A stretch of 64,000 nucleotides of DNA from the human T2T-CHM13v2.0 reference genome, Homo sapiens: NCBI RefSeq assembly GCF_009914755.1, contig NC_060931.1, one strand, 5' to 3'. The notes under the pieces were generated by a model, which saw only the letters and a list, made by a program, of their open reading frames with translations, was not told the DNA's origin and did no database searches. Made by a program: the position numbers and the translations under genes. How positions within the stretch are numbered: the stretch's first letter is position 1; each line of letters starts with the position of its first letter. This document shows positions 25,024-42,035 of this stretch, one piece after another.

Positions 25024-25188
25024 CTGTTTGTAAAGATAACAGAGAATGGAGTTAGGGCTGGGAGGCTTCCTCACCACGCTTCTCCAGCTCTTCCCCAGGA
25101 TTCAGAGGCCTTGCTCGCAGCCCTGCTGTCTGCCTTGCTAAAGGCCTGGGTCTTTGGTGAATCCAGAATTTTCGGAGGTTCAAGAAAC

Positions 25189-25345
25189 CTCTTTTTTCTG
25201 TCTTTTTTTTTTCTTCTTCCTTTTTGTGGAGAATGGGGTCTTGCTATATTGCCCAGGCAGGTCTTGAACTCCTGGGCTCAAGCTATCCTCCCGCCTCTGC
25301 CTCCCTCAGAGCTGGGATTACAGGCGTGAGCCACCACGCCTGGCA
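25189..25345 (-). mobile_element. FLAM/Alu left monomer
   Basis: Monomer flanked by gaaacctct. Confidence 0.85.
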
Positions 25346-25589
25346 TGAAACCTCTAAGAGGGCAGCTTGGAGTGCAGCAGGGTCAGAAAAGCAAAATTCT
25401 GCTGAAGGCGAGCCCAGGCCAATGAGGCCCACCACACGTGGAGGCTGTCATGCATGCCCTGCCCTCCCCGTCCAGCCCCACACACATCCCCTTTAAGTTT
25501 CTCAATATGCTACCCCAGAACCAGCTGCCAGGAACACCTCTGTCTCCTCCTCCCCAGCTCCCAGGCACGTGGCCCACAGAAAATTCCAC

Positions 25590-26990
<1,401 letters not shown>

Positions 26991-27294
26991 GAAGGGAGTG
27001 GTGGGAAAGGGGCTGATGGCTGCATCCCGTACTCTGTGCCAGCCAGCACCCATACCATTTCTCTATATTTGGGAGTTCCGCACCCCGTGAGACTTGATGG
27101 CAGCAGAATCTGCCTCCTATGTTGATGCTCCTATGAAAATGCCAGCTCTTTGCCTTGCCAGCCTCCCCTGGGATGAGCATAAGCAGGTGGCAGTGCCACC
27201 ATGAACGTGCAGTCTCATTCCAGCCGTGACGGGCTCTGCAGGCAGGAGTGGTGACATCATGCATGGAGGTGAGGCCAAGCACTCATCCTGGGCC

Positions 27295-27313
27295 GCAGCG
27301 CCACCTAGTGCTT
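27295..27313 (-). promoter_or_regulatory. Candidate CTCF motif
   Basis: Minus strand AAGCACTAGGTGGCGCTG versus consensus CCASYAGRKGGCRS. Confidence 0.55.
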
Positions 27314-27727
27314 GGCATGGGTAAGCAGCGCTGGCCTCCCTGAATCTACAGCCTGGCTTGAGTGAGGTTCAAAGTAGCCCTGCATGTGGCCTCCAGCAAT
27401 CCCAGCTACTCCATACACTGGACAGTATCCCCATATCTTTTACACACACATTTTGCTACTGAAAAGCAGAAATGTTTATCAGGAGTAGCCGCCAGCAGCA
27501 AGACTTCAAGGATTGGTTGTCAGGCCTTACTGGGGACAAAGGGCAGTCAAAATTCTGCAAGTATTAAGGAATACTTGCAAGTGTCCCATGATATCTCAAG
27601 GATAAGCAGTCACATTATCACCTCTAATCTAGAGTGAAGTGCCCAGGAAGTGGCTTTGGTGTGGCCCAGTGGCTGCTGCCAGAGTATGAAAGGCACACTC
27701 ACCAAATGTGTTTTAAAAAGCAATACA

Positions 27728-28013
27728 GGCTGGGTGCGGTGGCTCATGCCTGTAATCCCAGCACTTTGGGAGGCCAAGGCAGGTGGATCACCTGAGGTCA
27801 CCTGAGACCAGCCTGGCCAACATTGTGAAACTTCATCTCTACTAAAAATACAAAAATTAGCCAGGCGTGGTGGCGGGCACCTGTAATCCTAGCTACTCAG
27901 GAGGCTGAGGCAGGAGAATAGCTTGAACCTGGGAGGCGGAGGTGTAGTGAGCCAAGATTGTGCCACTGCACTCCGGCCTGGGTGACAGAGTGAGACACAG
28001 TCTCCAAAAAAAA
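27728..28013 (+). mobile_element. AluS
   Basis: Full dimer. Confidence 0.92.
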
Positions 28014-28190
28014 GTGGGGTGGCGGGGGGAACAGTGCAATGTGAGGGTTTGACAGGCATTTTTTCTTCTTAGTAGTTCATAAAGTAACAGTGCTTCTTAC
28101 TATTGATGGCATCATAGTGTCATCTGGCAAGATACTAGATTGCTAAGGGACTATATCAGCATATTTAGGGAATTAAGAAATTGGTGGGAT

Positions 28191-28503
28191 GATTGTTTTT
28201 TGTTTTGTTTTGTTTGTGAGACAGGATCTTGCTCTGTTGCCCAAGCTGGAGTACAGTGGCACAATCAGGACTCACTACAGCCTTGACCTCCTAGGCTCAA
28301 TCAGTCCTCCCACCTCAGCCTCCGAGTAGCTGAGACCACAAGCACGCACCACCACACCCAGCTAATTTTTTTTTCTAATTTGTAGAGATGAGATCTCACT
28401 ATAATGGCCAGGCTAGTCTCAAACTTCTAGGCTCAAGTGATCCTCCAGCCTCGGCCTCCCAAAGTGCTGGGATTACAGGTGTGAGCCATGGCACCCAGCC
28501 CTG
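28191..28503 (-). mobile_element. AluJ
   Basis: Reverse-complement dimer with (TTTTG)n tail. Confidence 0.9.
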
Positions 28504-28538
28504 GATGGTTGCTTCTTACAGTGGTGAACAGCTTAAAA

Positions 28539-28768
28539 CAGGATTTGTCAACTCTGAAACTATTGGCATTTTGAACTGGATATTTCTTGTTATAGGCAGT
28601 TGTCCTATGCATTATACGCAGAATGCTGAGCAGCATTCCTGGCCTCTGTCTATTAGATGCAAGTAATACACATGCACGCCCCTTTCCAGTTGTAACCATG
28701 AAAAATGTCTCCAGATATTGCCAAATGTCTCCTGAGGGCGACAAAATCACTGCCAGTAAAAACTACTG
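28539..28768 (-). mobile_element. MER20 (hAT-Charlie)
   Basis: aaaaatgtctccagatattgccaaatgtc..caaaatcac matches the MER20 consensus. Confidence 0.85.
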
Positions 28769-28996
28769 GTTTCAAGAAAGAGAACAACAAATTCAAATTC
28801 CTAAACCTCCTATAAAAGCACAGACTGAAAACCAGAGACTTTCCAAGAACACATTCAAGGAGTCTCTTTGTTTGCAGCTGAAGGGCTGAGAGGGCCCTTT
28901 AAAAGACTTTAAAAGCTTAATTCCGTGAGTTGCCGAATTAGGGTGTTAACTTAATTCATAAGCTCACCAGGTCTCTTATGTGAAAATAGGACCTAG

Positions 28997-29361
<365 letters not shown>

Positions 29362-29850
29362 TCAATGGAATTCACTTGCCAGGAAGCTCTACCACTGCTC
29401 TCCTGTAAGATCCTCAATAACCTCACTTCAGCTCATTGGCACCGAAAGCCAAATCTCATCATGATCCCCACTGCTCTTTATTTTCTTCATACCTATAACA
29501 ACAGTCAGATTCCAATATGTCCCAGGAGGAAAAACACAGACTCTGACCTAGGAGAAGGCTCACACACTAAAAATATCTACAAAAAAACTTGCAAATATTT
29601 ATGGATATTTAACATAAGGGTGCTGTATCAAAAGGAGGATGATGATAATTTTACATCAGGCTGAATTACCCAGTATGGGTATGCATAGCATAGGTTTTGG
29701 ATCCAATATGCTGACTCAAGCAGCTACAGGTAGTTCTCATTGCTTTCTTAGTTGGATGACTGAAACCTGGACTCAATGGAAACCTACATTAAATAAAGCT
29801 GAGTTGTCAGAAATTCCCTGGAACAATGTATAGGAAGAAATGAAAGTCTT

Positions 29851-30123
29851 GGCTGGGCACGGTGGCTCACGCCTGTAATCCCAGCAATTTGGGAGGCTGA
29901 GGCAGGCGGATCACAAGGTCGGGAGTTCGAGACCAGCCTGGCCAACATGGTGAAACCCCGTCTCTACTAAAAATACAAAAATTAGCCGGGCGTGTTGGCG
30001 CATGCCTGTAATCCTGGCTACTCAGGAGGCTGAGGCAGGAGAATTGCTTGAACCCAGGAGATAGCACCACTGCACTCCAACCTGGGAGACAGAGAGATAC
30101 TGTGTCTCAGAAGAAAAAAAAAA
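29851..30123 (+). mobile_element. AluS with right-arm deletion
   Basis: TSD aaagtcttgg. Confidence 0.92.
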
Positions 30124-30229
30124 GTCTTGGAGAAACAGAGTGTTTATCATGTATGTCCTGCTCACTCATGCTCTGGTGTGTCATGAGAACTCAAATGACA
30201 CTCCCTTTACAAGGCTTTAAGCAACATAA

Positions 30230-30316
30230 TTCATGACTTCTGAGATTCACATCTTTCCATGTCTCTGAAATGAGAATGTATTATAAATAATTGTGGGTCA
30301 CGCTTTGACTGTGGTG

Positions 30317-30347
<31 letters not shown>

Positions 30348-30685
30348 GAGACAGGGTCTTGCTCCATCACCTAGGTTGTAGTGCAGTGGCATGATACACT
30401 GCAGCATCAACTTCCTGGGCTCAAGTGATCCTTCTGCCTCAGCTTCCCAAGTAGCTGGGAGCACAGGTGTGCACTACGACACCTGAGAAATTTTGTAGAA
30501 ACAGGATCTCCCTATGTTGCCCAGGCTGGTCTCGAACTCCTGTGCTCAAGTGATCCTTCTACCTCAGCCTCCCAAATTGCTGGGATTACAGGTGCAAGCC
30601 ACCATGCTTGGCTTTTTTTCTTAGTGGTTCATAAAATAATAGTGCATCTTATAATTGATAGTGGCTTGGATTTGATTACATTTGG
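30230..30685. mobile_element. MER104/Kanga-like TcMar element split by an AluJ (- strand, ~30318-30613)
   Basis: ttcttagtggttcataaaataatagtgcatcttataattgat terminus; a related terminus lies at ~28060-28130. Confidence 0.55.
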
Positions 30686-31089
30686 GATATTGTTAAGAGG
30701 ACTATTCATATGTTCTGAGAACTCTTGTGGCTGACCTTCACTGGTCAGGTATGTTAATAGGAAATGCTGCTGATTTCAGTGGGGACGGACACCAGGTTCC
30801 TTAGTGTAGAGAAAATAACAGAATTTCGTTTCCAGGAAAAAAGGTGTGTGTGTTTCCACAGTGGGCAGCAAGACCAGCGTAGTGATCGCAATGGTCTAAC
30901 CAAGGCTATTTCGAGCAGCAGCTAACAGCTTGTGTGCTCTTTAGGATCAGAATGGACGGGCAACTCACTGACTTCCTAGGTGTAGGGCCCGCAAACTGGG
31001 AACTGTGTTGACTCACAACGATAGAGAACGCAGCCAGTCAACCAGGTCCCAGAACTCGATGTTTTCACAGACTCAGCGTTCCTTGAATG

Positions 31090-31810
<721 letters not shown>

Positions 31811-33029
31811 TTCGCTCTCCTGATCTGCTCTCCTATATCCTCGTGAAAATACCAGGAGTCTTTCAAACATTCGAAATTAACTCTGTCTGCTTTAAAGAGA
31901 AAGTAATGTATTAAAAAGATAATGCGTTGGCTAATAAAATACTTGAGGTGGCTAAAGAATCAAGCGTAAGTCAGAAACAGTGCTCAAGACCTCTTCTCCT
32001 GAACGGGTCTGGTGAGGTCATCACTTCTACCATCATCGAGCATCAGTTTGCACCACTGGCAACATTAGTATTGGATACTGGCTTTTATTGGGGATGAGAG
32101 TGTTTAAGGATGCTGTCCGTAAGAGGTCTTTCCATTTACTTTTATGACTGGCACCATGGGGAATCCCCTGGGTTCTAGCCATATTCCTTCCTGCTTCATT
32201 ATTTAGCCCCATGTAGGGTTCAGGCTAAGTCTGATAAAATTTAACAGGCCACTTATTCTGCCATAGAGTGAGCTCCTTGGTAAAGCCTATGGTCTGTGGG
32301 GTAATTGTGATGGTGAATAAAGCATCCTGGAAGTCCAGAAACGGCGCCGCTGACAGAAACGTGGCAGCCTGGAGGGCACACGCAGGTCCAGAACGGGCCG
32401 CCCTCCACCACGCCACTTGGTCACAGATCCACAGCGCCATCATTAGGCGATGGAGAAGAAAACTGATACGCTGAAGGGGTCATCTTGCCCATCTGATTAC
32501 CCAGAGCCTTTCTCTAGACGCAGGCAAATATCCTCACACTCCAGACCTATCCCTGTGGGTCCCTCCACAGGCCTGCCTAACCTTCCAAGTCACACTGATT
32601 CTCCATTGCTGTTCCTTCTGAGTTCCCTAGCATTGTTTTAAAAATGATTAGCTCCTGCTGATGAATCTGTTCAGAGCCTCGCCTCAGTGGACCTTTCCTT
32701 CAAAAACAAAAGACCAGGAAATGTATTCTTTAAAGTCCTGGCCACTGGGAGAATTTTCTTTCTACGCCACCCTTCAGGATATAGAGCTTTTCTCCTGTCA
32801 CTGTCCAGTTTGGGCTGGTACTAGCATATTATCCCAAATCATATAAAACCAGGCTTGGTTTTTTCACTCCTCATTCAGCTGATCTCGGGTAACTAATTCT
32901 CTTAGAGACCTTTAGGTATGGGTGGGGGTAGGAACAGGCATTCTGAGGGTGTGAGCCGCGCTCCAATTTCCATTGTCCTCCTTTAAGACCAGCCCAGGCC
33001 TGGTCCTCTATCTACCACCTTCAATCTAA

Positions 33030-34400
33030 CAATAGAAAGCCACAAAACAACCTAAAGAAAAAAATGGAGGAATGAAAGAACAACCAAAGAAATAGAAACC
33101 AAAATACAATAGCACATATCAAAATCAAAAATTGTTTTTTTTAAACAGGCTAATAAAGTGCCAAAAAGTCTTTGGAGAGGTTGATCAAAAGGGGAAAAAA
33201 AAAAATCCAAAGGCATAAGTAAACAATGTGAGGTACAAAAATAGTAATAGTTATTTAAAGCATAATACCTTATGGGCAAATATTTATAAATCTGAAGCAG
33301 ACGAGACAGACAAATTTCTTTCTTTTTTTTATTTTTTTGAGACAGAGTCTCACTCCGTCCCACAGGCTGGAATGCAACAGTGTGATCTTGGCTCATTACA
33401 ATCTCCTGGGGTCAAGCAATCCTCCTACTTCAGCCTCCTGGGTAGCTGGGACTACAGGCATGTACCACCACGCTCAGCTAAAATTTTTGTATTTTTTGTA
33501 GAGATAGGGTTTCACCATGTTGCCCAGGCTGGACTCAAACACCTGGGCTCAAGGGATCCATCTGCCTCAGTCTCCCAAAGTGCTGGGACTACAGATATGA
33601 GACACTGTGCCCTGCCACAAATTTCCTGGGAAAGAAAAAAACTTACCAGAGTGACTCAAGGAAAACGGAAATAATCATTTATCCTATAATCATAAAGAAA
33701 TTGAGCCTTTCCAACTTGGGTGCGGTAAAATGGCTCCTGCGAAGAGGGTGGTGAGAAGAAAGGCCGTTCTACCATCAACGAGGTGGTGACCCGAGAATGC
33801 ACCATCAACAATCCCAAGAGCTTCCTGGAGTGGGCTTCAAGCAGCATGCCCCTCAGGCACTCACAGAGATCCAGAAATTTGCCATGAAAGAGATGGGAAC
33901 TCCAGATGTGCGCATTGATACCAGGCTCATCAAAGCTGTCTGGGCCAAAGGAATAAAGAATGTCCCATACCTATCCCTGTGCGGTTGTCCAGGAAACAGA
34001 ATGAGGATGAAGATTCACCAAACAAGCTCTATACTTTGGTTACCCACGTGCCTGTTATCACTTTCAAAAATCTATAGACAGTCAGTGTGGATGAGAAATA
34101 ACTGCTGACTGTCGAATATGTCAAATAAAGGTATAAAACCACAAAAAAGGGAAAAAAAATAAATTGAATAGGTACTTTTTTCATAAAGAAACTCCAAAAC
34201 AGGATTCAAAGATCAAATCATTCTGGCCTTACATGAACTTTCTGTAGCACAATCTGTTCTGCTCTAATATGTGTCTGTAAAAGGAATTGTTTCATGTACA
34301 ATCGTCCATCAACAAAACATGAAAAGCGCAAACCAAAGAAAAAGACTGATACATTTAGCGTCAAAGTTAAGAATTTGTGTTCATCAAAAGAAACAATAGG
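33030..34400 (+). mobile_element. Old L1M ORF2 remnants hosting an AluJ (- strand, ~33315-33617) and the RPL31 pseudogene
   Basis: A-rich L1 ORF2-like motifs (aaagaaattgaat, tgttcatcaaaagaaacaat). Confidence 0.65.
33705..34156 (+). pseudogene. RPL31P: Full-length processed pseudogene of ribosomal protein L31 (RPL31), antisense within PODXL intron 1
   Basis: 5' UTR cctttccaacttggg; ATG at 33730 (MAPAK..); [44 protein letters not shown]; frameshifts; stop at 34099-34101; AATAAA 34124; A-tail; TSD aaagaaattga (33694-33704) / aaataaattga (34157-34167). Pseudogene number not assigned. Confidence 0.93.
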
Positions 34401-34477
34401 ACTTCCAGTTTCAGCTAATGAGAGCAGAGACTGGAAAGAACTTTGCTCCTACTCTGACTACAAGAAAAAAGCTGAGA

Positions 34478-34765
34478 GGCTGGGCATGGTGGCTCACGCC
34501 TTTAATCCCAGCACTTTGGGAGGCTGAGGCGGGCCGATCACTTGAGGTCAGGAGTTCGAGATAAGTCTGGCCAATATGGCGAAATCCCATCTCTACTAAA
34601 AATACAAAAATTAGCCGGGCGTGGTGGCAGGTGCCTGTAATCCCAGCTACTCAGGAGGCTGAGGCAGGAGATTTACTTGAACCCAGGAGGCAGAGACTAC
34701 ACTGAGCTGAGATTGTGCCACTGCACTCCAGCCTGGGCGACTCCATCTCAAAAAAAAAAAAAAAA
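34478..34765 (+). mobile_element. AluS
   Basis: TSD aaaaaagctgaga. Confidence 0.92.
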
Positions 34766-34930
34766 GCTGAGAAGCCAAAAAGTTAAGACTTTTCTTGAGC
34801 CCTGAGGTCATGAAGAAAACAATGACCCTGAAAAGTGGAGACAGATGGACAACTGCAGGGAGCAATGGGACCCGAGCACACTTGCTTTACCTGGGACATG
34901 GACAAAGTTCGTTAAGAAGATTAAGGTCAA

Positions 34931-35230
34931 TTTTTTTTTTTTTTTTTGAGACGGAGTCTCACTCTGTCACCCAGGCTGGAGTGCAGTGGTGTGATTTCAG
35001 CTCACTGGCTCACTGCAACCTCAGCCTCCAAGGTTCAAGTGATTCTCCGGCCTCAGCCTCCTGAGTGGCTGGGATTATAGGCATGCACCACCACGCCCAG
35101 TTGTATTTTTAGTAGAGAAGGGGTTTCACCATGTTGGTCAGGTTGGTCTCGAACTCCTGACCTCGTGATGGACCCACCTCGGCTTCCCAAAGTGCTGGGA
35201 TTACAGACGTGAGCCACCACACCCAGCTGA
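34931..35230 (-). mobile_element. AluS
   Basis: Reverse-complement dimer. Confidence 0.92.
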
Positions 35231-35764
35231 TTAAAGACAATTTTCAAATGAATTTCTAAAAGCTGTGTATGGGTTAGTATGAAAATGTGAAGCCCTGTGA
35301 GCTGTAGGCATTGTAAGGTCCACAACACAGGGCAGTTTACTCCTGGGAACCCCGCCAGGTGCTCATAGGAAGCCTTGAAAAAGCAAACCCTTGCGGGTGG
35401 GGCTGGCTGGGGAAAGAAAACAGCCGGTGCTGAAACTCCATACCCACCACATTCCCACAGGGCAGGAAAGAAGCCTTTCAGGTGGAGGTCAGTAAAATCT
35501 ACAGCCTGAGGGCACTGGCGGAAACCTCCCGCAGCCAGGGAAGAGAATAGGAAAGATAAAACAGCTCCTTATTCCTGAAGCAAAGCAGAGCTGTGGGCTA
35601 AACCCAGCCCGAACATCTAGGAAGAGGCAGGAATGCCAGTGAAGGCCGCACCCTCAAGCTCAGCTTCCCAGGGCCTGAGTGAGACTTAAACAGAACATCA
35701 GGAAATGGTCCCCTCCCCTGTTCCACAAGGCCAGCAAGTGTGAAGTAAAAAATAACAGTGGAGC

Positions 35765-36049
35765 AGCAGGGCGCAGTGGCTCACGCCTGTAATCCCAGCA
35801 CTTTGGGAGGTCAAGGTGGGTAGATCACCTGAGGTCAGGTGTTCGAGACCAGCCTGGCCAACACAATGAAACCCTGTCTCTACTAAAAATACAAAAAATT
35901 AGCCAGGCTTGGTGGCACATACTGAGTAGTCCCAGCTACCGAGACAGGAGAACCGCTTGAACCCGGGAGGTGGAGGTTGCAGTGGAGCTGAGATTGTGCC
36001 ACAGCACTCCAGCCTGGGCAACATGGCGAGGATGCATCTCAAATAAAAA
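35765..36049 (+). mobile_element. AluS
   Basis: Dimer flanked by aacagtgga. Confidence 0.9.
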
Positions 36050-36279
36050 CAGTGGAATACAGCTGTGGGGAGCTGCAAAAGGCAGACTATTTGAGGAGCA
36101 GCAAACAAGGATGGGCTACAGCCAAGCAGGGACCCACAGAGATATTACTGGAGGACTTTGCAGCCCCGGGTGCACCGAAGGTATTCATAGCAACAACAAA
36201 TTGTGAAGCCCAGCCTAACTCGTGCCTTGATTAACATAAACCTTCGCACTAAAGACACAGCAAAAGAAAAGCCACACAG

Positions 36280-36870
36280 TAGGCAGCCACTAATCTACTT
36301 CTGTCTATGGACTCACCTATTCTAGAGAGTTCATGTAAACGGGATCATACACTACGTGGTCTTCTGTGACTGGCTTCTTTCACTTTGATGTGTTTTCAAG
36401 CTTTTCTCTTTCACTTTTGTTTTCCTGGTTCATCCATGCTAGCATGTGTCTGTTCCTTACTCCTTTGTATTGCTAAATGATATTTCACAGTATGGAGCTT
36501 CCATTTTTGCTCATCCATTAATCGGCTGATGAACATTTGGGTTGTTTTAACCCTTGGGCTATTATGCATAATGCTGCTATGAACATTTGTGCACAGGTTT
36601 TTATGTGGACATGTTTTCAATTTCCCTTGGGTACATACCTAGGATTGGAATTGCTAGGTCATACGGTAACTCTTTATTTAGTATCTGGAGGGACTGCCAA
36701 GCTATTTTCCAAAGTGGCTACCCCATTTTAACATGTCAATCAGCAATTTTTTTGTGAATCCAATTTTTCCAGATCCTTGCCAACAGTTATCATCTTTTCC
36801 ATTATTGCCATTTTAGTAGGCACTAAATAGTATCTCACTGTGGTTTTAATTTTTATTTCCCTAATTACTA
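36280..36870 (-). mobile_element. L1MB/ME-type 3' end
   Basis: ccactaatctactt..gctgctatgaacatttgtgcacaggtttttatgtggacatgttttc. Confidence 0.75.
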
Positions 36871-36996
36871 ATCAAATCCAACACTACATAGAAAGGACAT
36901 AATGACCAAGTGAGGCTCATCATGGACAGTTCAGTATTTGAAAAATCAATCAATGCAATTCAACACATTAAGAAGCAAAATAAGAAAAACCATATG

Positions 36997-37330
<334 letters not shown>

Positions 37331-37389
37331 TCAGCAGACTCCTCAACTCCATACAAGATTATTTTTATATTTGCAGAAAAATCATCTAA

Positions 37390-37719
<330 letters not shown>

Positions 37720-37941
37720 TGATTTAAAACAAAGCAAAACAAAACCTTTCAGCAAACCAGGAATAGTAGAGAACTTCCCTCACCTAATTAGTGACGTCTC
37801 CAAATAAACCTACAGCTAACATCATACTTAATGGGAAGAGATTGAATGCTTTGCTGTGAAGTTTGAGAACAAAGCAAGGATGTCCTCTCTTTCCACTCCT
37901 ATTGAACATTGTACTGTGAGTCCTACTGAGTTCAATAGGAA

Positions 37942-38015
<74 letters not shown>
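37942..38015. repeat. (CA)n(GA)n compound microsatellite inside an old L1
   Basis: Directly visible. Confidence 0.97.
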
Positions 38016-38019
<4 letters not shown>

Positions 38020-38914
38020 CAACAAGGAAAACTCAACAATAAAAACCCAATTTTTTAAAACAGGCAAAAGATCTCCAAGGAAAAATTACCAAAGATATAC
38101 AGATGGCAAATAAGCATATGAAAAGATGCTCCTCATTAGTCATTAGACAAATTCAAATTCAAGCTCCAATGCAGCACCATTACATACCTATTGGAATAGC
38201 TAAAATCAAACAAACTGACGATCCCAAATGCTAAACAGGATCTCTCATACATTGCTGGTCAGAATGCACAATGGTACAGATAATTTGGAAAACAGGTTAG
38301 CAGTTTATTTTAAAGTGAAGCAAACAATTATTATATGACCCAGCAATTCCATTCTTATTTACCTACATGAAATGAAAACCTATAGTCACATAAAAACCTA
38401 CATGCAAATGTTTATAGCAGTTTTATTTACCATCACCCAAAACTGAGAACCACCAAGATATTCTTCAACAAGTGAATGAATATTATATAGCCATATAATG
38501 ACTACTCAGCAATAAAAAGGAATAAACTAGTGATTCATGTGACAATATAGATAAGACTTAAATACATTTTGCTAAGTGAAGGAAGCCAAAAGTCTGCACA
38601 GCATTTGATTCCATTTTGATGTTATGGAAAGGGCAAAATGATAGGGATAGAAAACAGATAGGTAGACACCAGAGGTTGAGGGAACTGGGAGGAGCAGACT
38701 CCTCAACTCCATACAAGATTATTTTTAGGACAGTGAGTGATGCACAAGGATCCACAAGACTCTGCATCTGTTGAAACCCAAAGATTTGCGTACTCCAAGA
38801 ATTAACTTTACTTAATGTCAATTTAGAAAAATAATCATCTCAGATGTCCAGGAAATCCTAGGATGTAATGGAGACTATGAAAATCAATTTAACTATATTA
38901 TAAAGGTATAACAT

Positions 38915-39034
38915 GGCCAGGCGCACTGGTTCACACCTGTAATCCCAGCACTTTGGGAGGCTGAGGCGGACAGATCACCTGAGGTCAGGAGTTCGAGACC
39001 AGCCTGGCCAACATGGCAAAACCTCATCTCTACC

Positions 39035-39069
<35 letters not shown>

Positions 39070-39231
39070 AATTAGCCAGGCATGGTGGTGCGTGCCTGTA
39101 ATCCCAGCTACTCGGGAGGCAGGACCGCTTGAACTGGGAGGCAGAGGTTGTAGTGAGCTGAGATCGTGCCATTGCATTCTAGCCCGGGAGACAAGAGCAA
39201 AACTCCATCTCAAAAAAAAAAACACAAAAAA
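38915..39231 (+). mobile_element. AluS with expanded mid-A run
   Basis: TSD gtataacat. Confidence 0.92.
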
Positions 39232-40348
39232 AGTATAACATAACCTCGCTGAAGAGGGTGGAGAACAAGAGTTGACTCTGGGAAAGTTTTTTTTTAAACT
39301 AGATACTGTAACGAACTGCATATAAACAGTGTATTTTAAGTAGTAAGAATGTTTCTCACAAGGGCATGTCAATTTCAAACCTACTTGACATGTATACTAG
39401 GATTGAACAAATAATTAAATAAATTATAGATAACATAAGCCAGGTTTCTAGCTGTTGGAGAAAGAAGTTACAAATAAGTAAACGGGTGGGGAGGAGGCTA
39501 GCCCTGTGATGCTTGATGAGAGGCAGTGATGTCAGTCAGTCGGAACTCATGTTTCAATAGACAAATAGATGACAGATGAGGAAATGAATACATACTAAAC
39601 AAATGTATATTTCCCAGCTCTGTCCACTCAGAGCATCTGGAAGCAGTGACAAACCAGTAGCATAGGGTACACCCAGGTCCATGTTTGGTTTCTGATACCA
39701 TTCTACAATGAAATGAACCAAGGCTCCTTGGAGAAAGGGCTTGATTTCTAATGCTGATACAAGGAAAATGCAAGATAAGCCTGGAACATCTTGTAATGTC
39801 AGAAAATAAAGAAGTGCTAAAAAAATAAAAATGAAACGAAGAGGAAGGCAAGTTCAGCCTGCAAGACCTGAAAGAGGGTCAACAGGAAAGAGCTCATAAT
39901 GGCCAAACCTGGAACAATTTGAGCAACAAAACAAGAAATACTGGATCGGAACCCCAAGAATAAAATAAATATCCACGAGTCTAATCTGATAAATAAATGA
40001 TTAAATAAATAAAGCATCCTTACAGTGCTTTTCCAAAAAAATTGTAGGTATGCCCCCAAAACTTCTATACTTAAGAAAACAACCCAATAGAAAAAAAATT
40101 AAACATGCATTTTACAGAAAAAAAAAAAAGCACAGCCTAAGAACATCTGAAAATGTTAGTAATTAGGGAAATGCAAAATAAGAATTTTCATTTCATACCC
40201 ATCAGATTGACAAACATTTTAAAGTAGTAAGAAGTGGTAGCAAGAATATGAAGTAGTGTAAATTGGTTGAAACACTTTGGAAAAGAGTGTGGCATTATCA
40301 AAGAAAGTTAGACGTGTACACATATTGTTCAATCCACAACTTCCTTAC

Positions 40349-40654
40349 TCTTTTTTTTTTTTTTTTTTTTTTTTTTGAGACGGAGTCTGTTGCCCAGGCT
40401 GGAGTGCAGTGGCGCGATCTCGGCTCACTATAGCCTCCGCCTCCTGGGTTCAAGCAATTCTCCTGCCTCAGCCTGTATCCGAGTAGCTGGGATTACAGGT
40501 GCCCGTCACCACGGCCGGCTAATTTTTGTATTTTTAGTAGAGATGGGGTTTCACCATGTTGGCCAGGATGGTCTCAAACTCCTGACCTCAAGTGATCCAC
40601 CCATCTTGGCCTCCCAAAGTGCTGGCATTACAGGCGTGAGCCACCACACCTGGC
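40349..40654 (-). mobile_element. AluS
   Basis: TSD ccacaacttc. Confidence 0.92.
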
Positions 40655-41445
40655 CCACAACTTCTAACTGTATCACTAGGCACTTATCCTAGGGAGACAA
40701 GTATGCATCACACTGCATTTACAAAAATGCCCTTAAGAGTAGTTTCACATTGGCCCCATACAGGTAGCAAGAAAACGCAATGTTGATAGTAGTAGAGTAC
40801 AGTTGACAGTACAGCTGACAGTAGTATGGATAAATAAAGTGATAGCATATTCTTCTAGAATGCTCTACAGGACTGAAAATGGGTGGACTACATCTATTAG
40901 CATTAATCTAAAGAATAATATTAGGCAATAAAAGAAGAACAAGAACACTCATACGGTTCTACTTACAAGGCACAAAAATCGGCAATACTAAATGTTTTTA
41001 GGGAAACAGAAGATGTTACTAAAATTTTACAGAGGATTTAACAGTAAGTTTAGAATACTAGTTATCTCTAGGGGGAAACAGGGAGATGCAACAGAAGCTT
41101 CTGCTTTAGATTCACGTTTTAAGGAAGGAGTGGTTGGCTGTGCTGAATGATGAGACTGGCAAAGGGAAGTCCCTGGCAACCACCATGTGCAGTTTCAGTG
41201 GGCACAGTGCAGGTGGAAGCCTGACTCGGGCAGACTGAAGAGTGAATGAATGGTAGGAAAATGAGTTTGCATGTGTGGACAACTCTTTATCAAATGCTAG
41301 GGGACCAGAGACATACAGCAGCAGCTGGAGGGAGCTGGGACAGTCAAGAAACTTGTTTCCTTTTCGAAGGTAGGAGATGCTAGAGCTGGTATGAATGCTT
41401 TCTTTGTGTATGTGTTCTCCTCCTACTGTTTCATAGGGTCCTTAA

Positions 41446-41812
<367 letters not shown>

Positions 41813-42035
41813 AACACTTCCGTCTTTGAAACAGGAGGGAAGAAAATGGATACAGTCATAACTGCAGCTGTATTTTGGTGGTAGAAAAAGTTTACATTTG
41901 ACAGCTTTAATTTTCTCAATGAAGTCTAGATGAAATCAGCTATAGTGATATAGATAGAAAAAAGGAGAAGGGAGTATTTGAGGGAAAAGTGTAAAATACT
42001 CATGTTGGAAATAGGAACGTGAACCTCTTAGAAAA

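Noticed and set aside
24500-25077. Alternative-frame and antisense ORFs over PODXL exon 2
   Set aside because: Shadows of the biased S/T-rich codon usage
33797-34108. 103-aa ORF with RPL31 similarity
   Set aside because: Chimeric frame of a frameshifted pseudogene; not a functional gene
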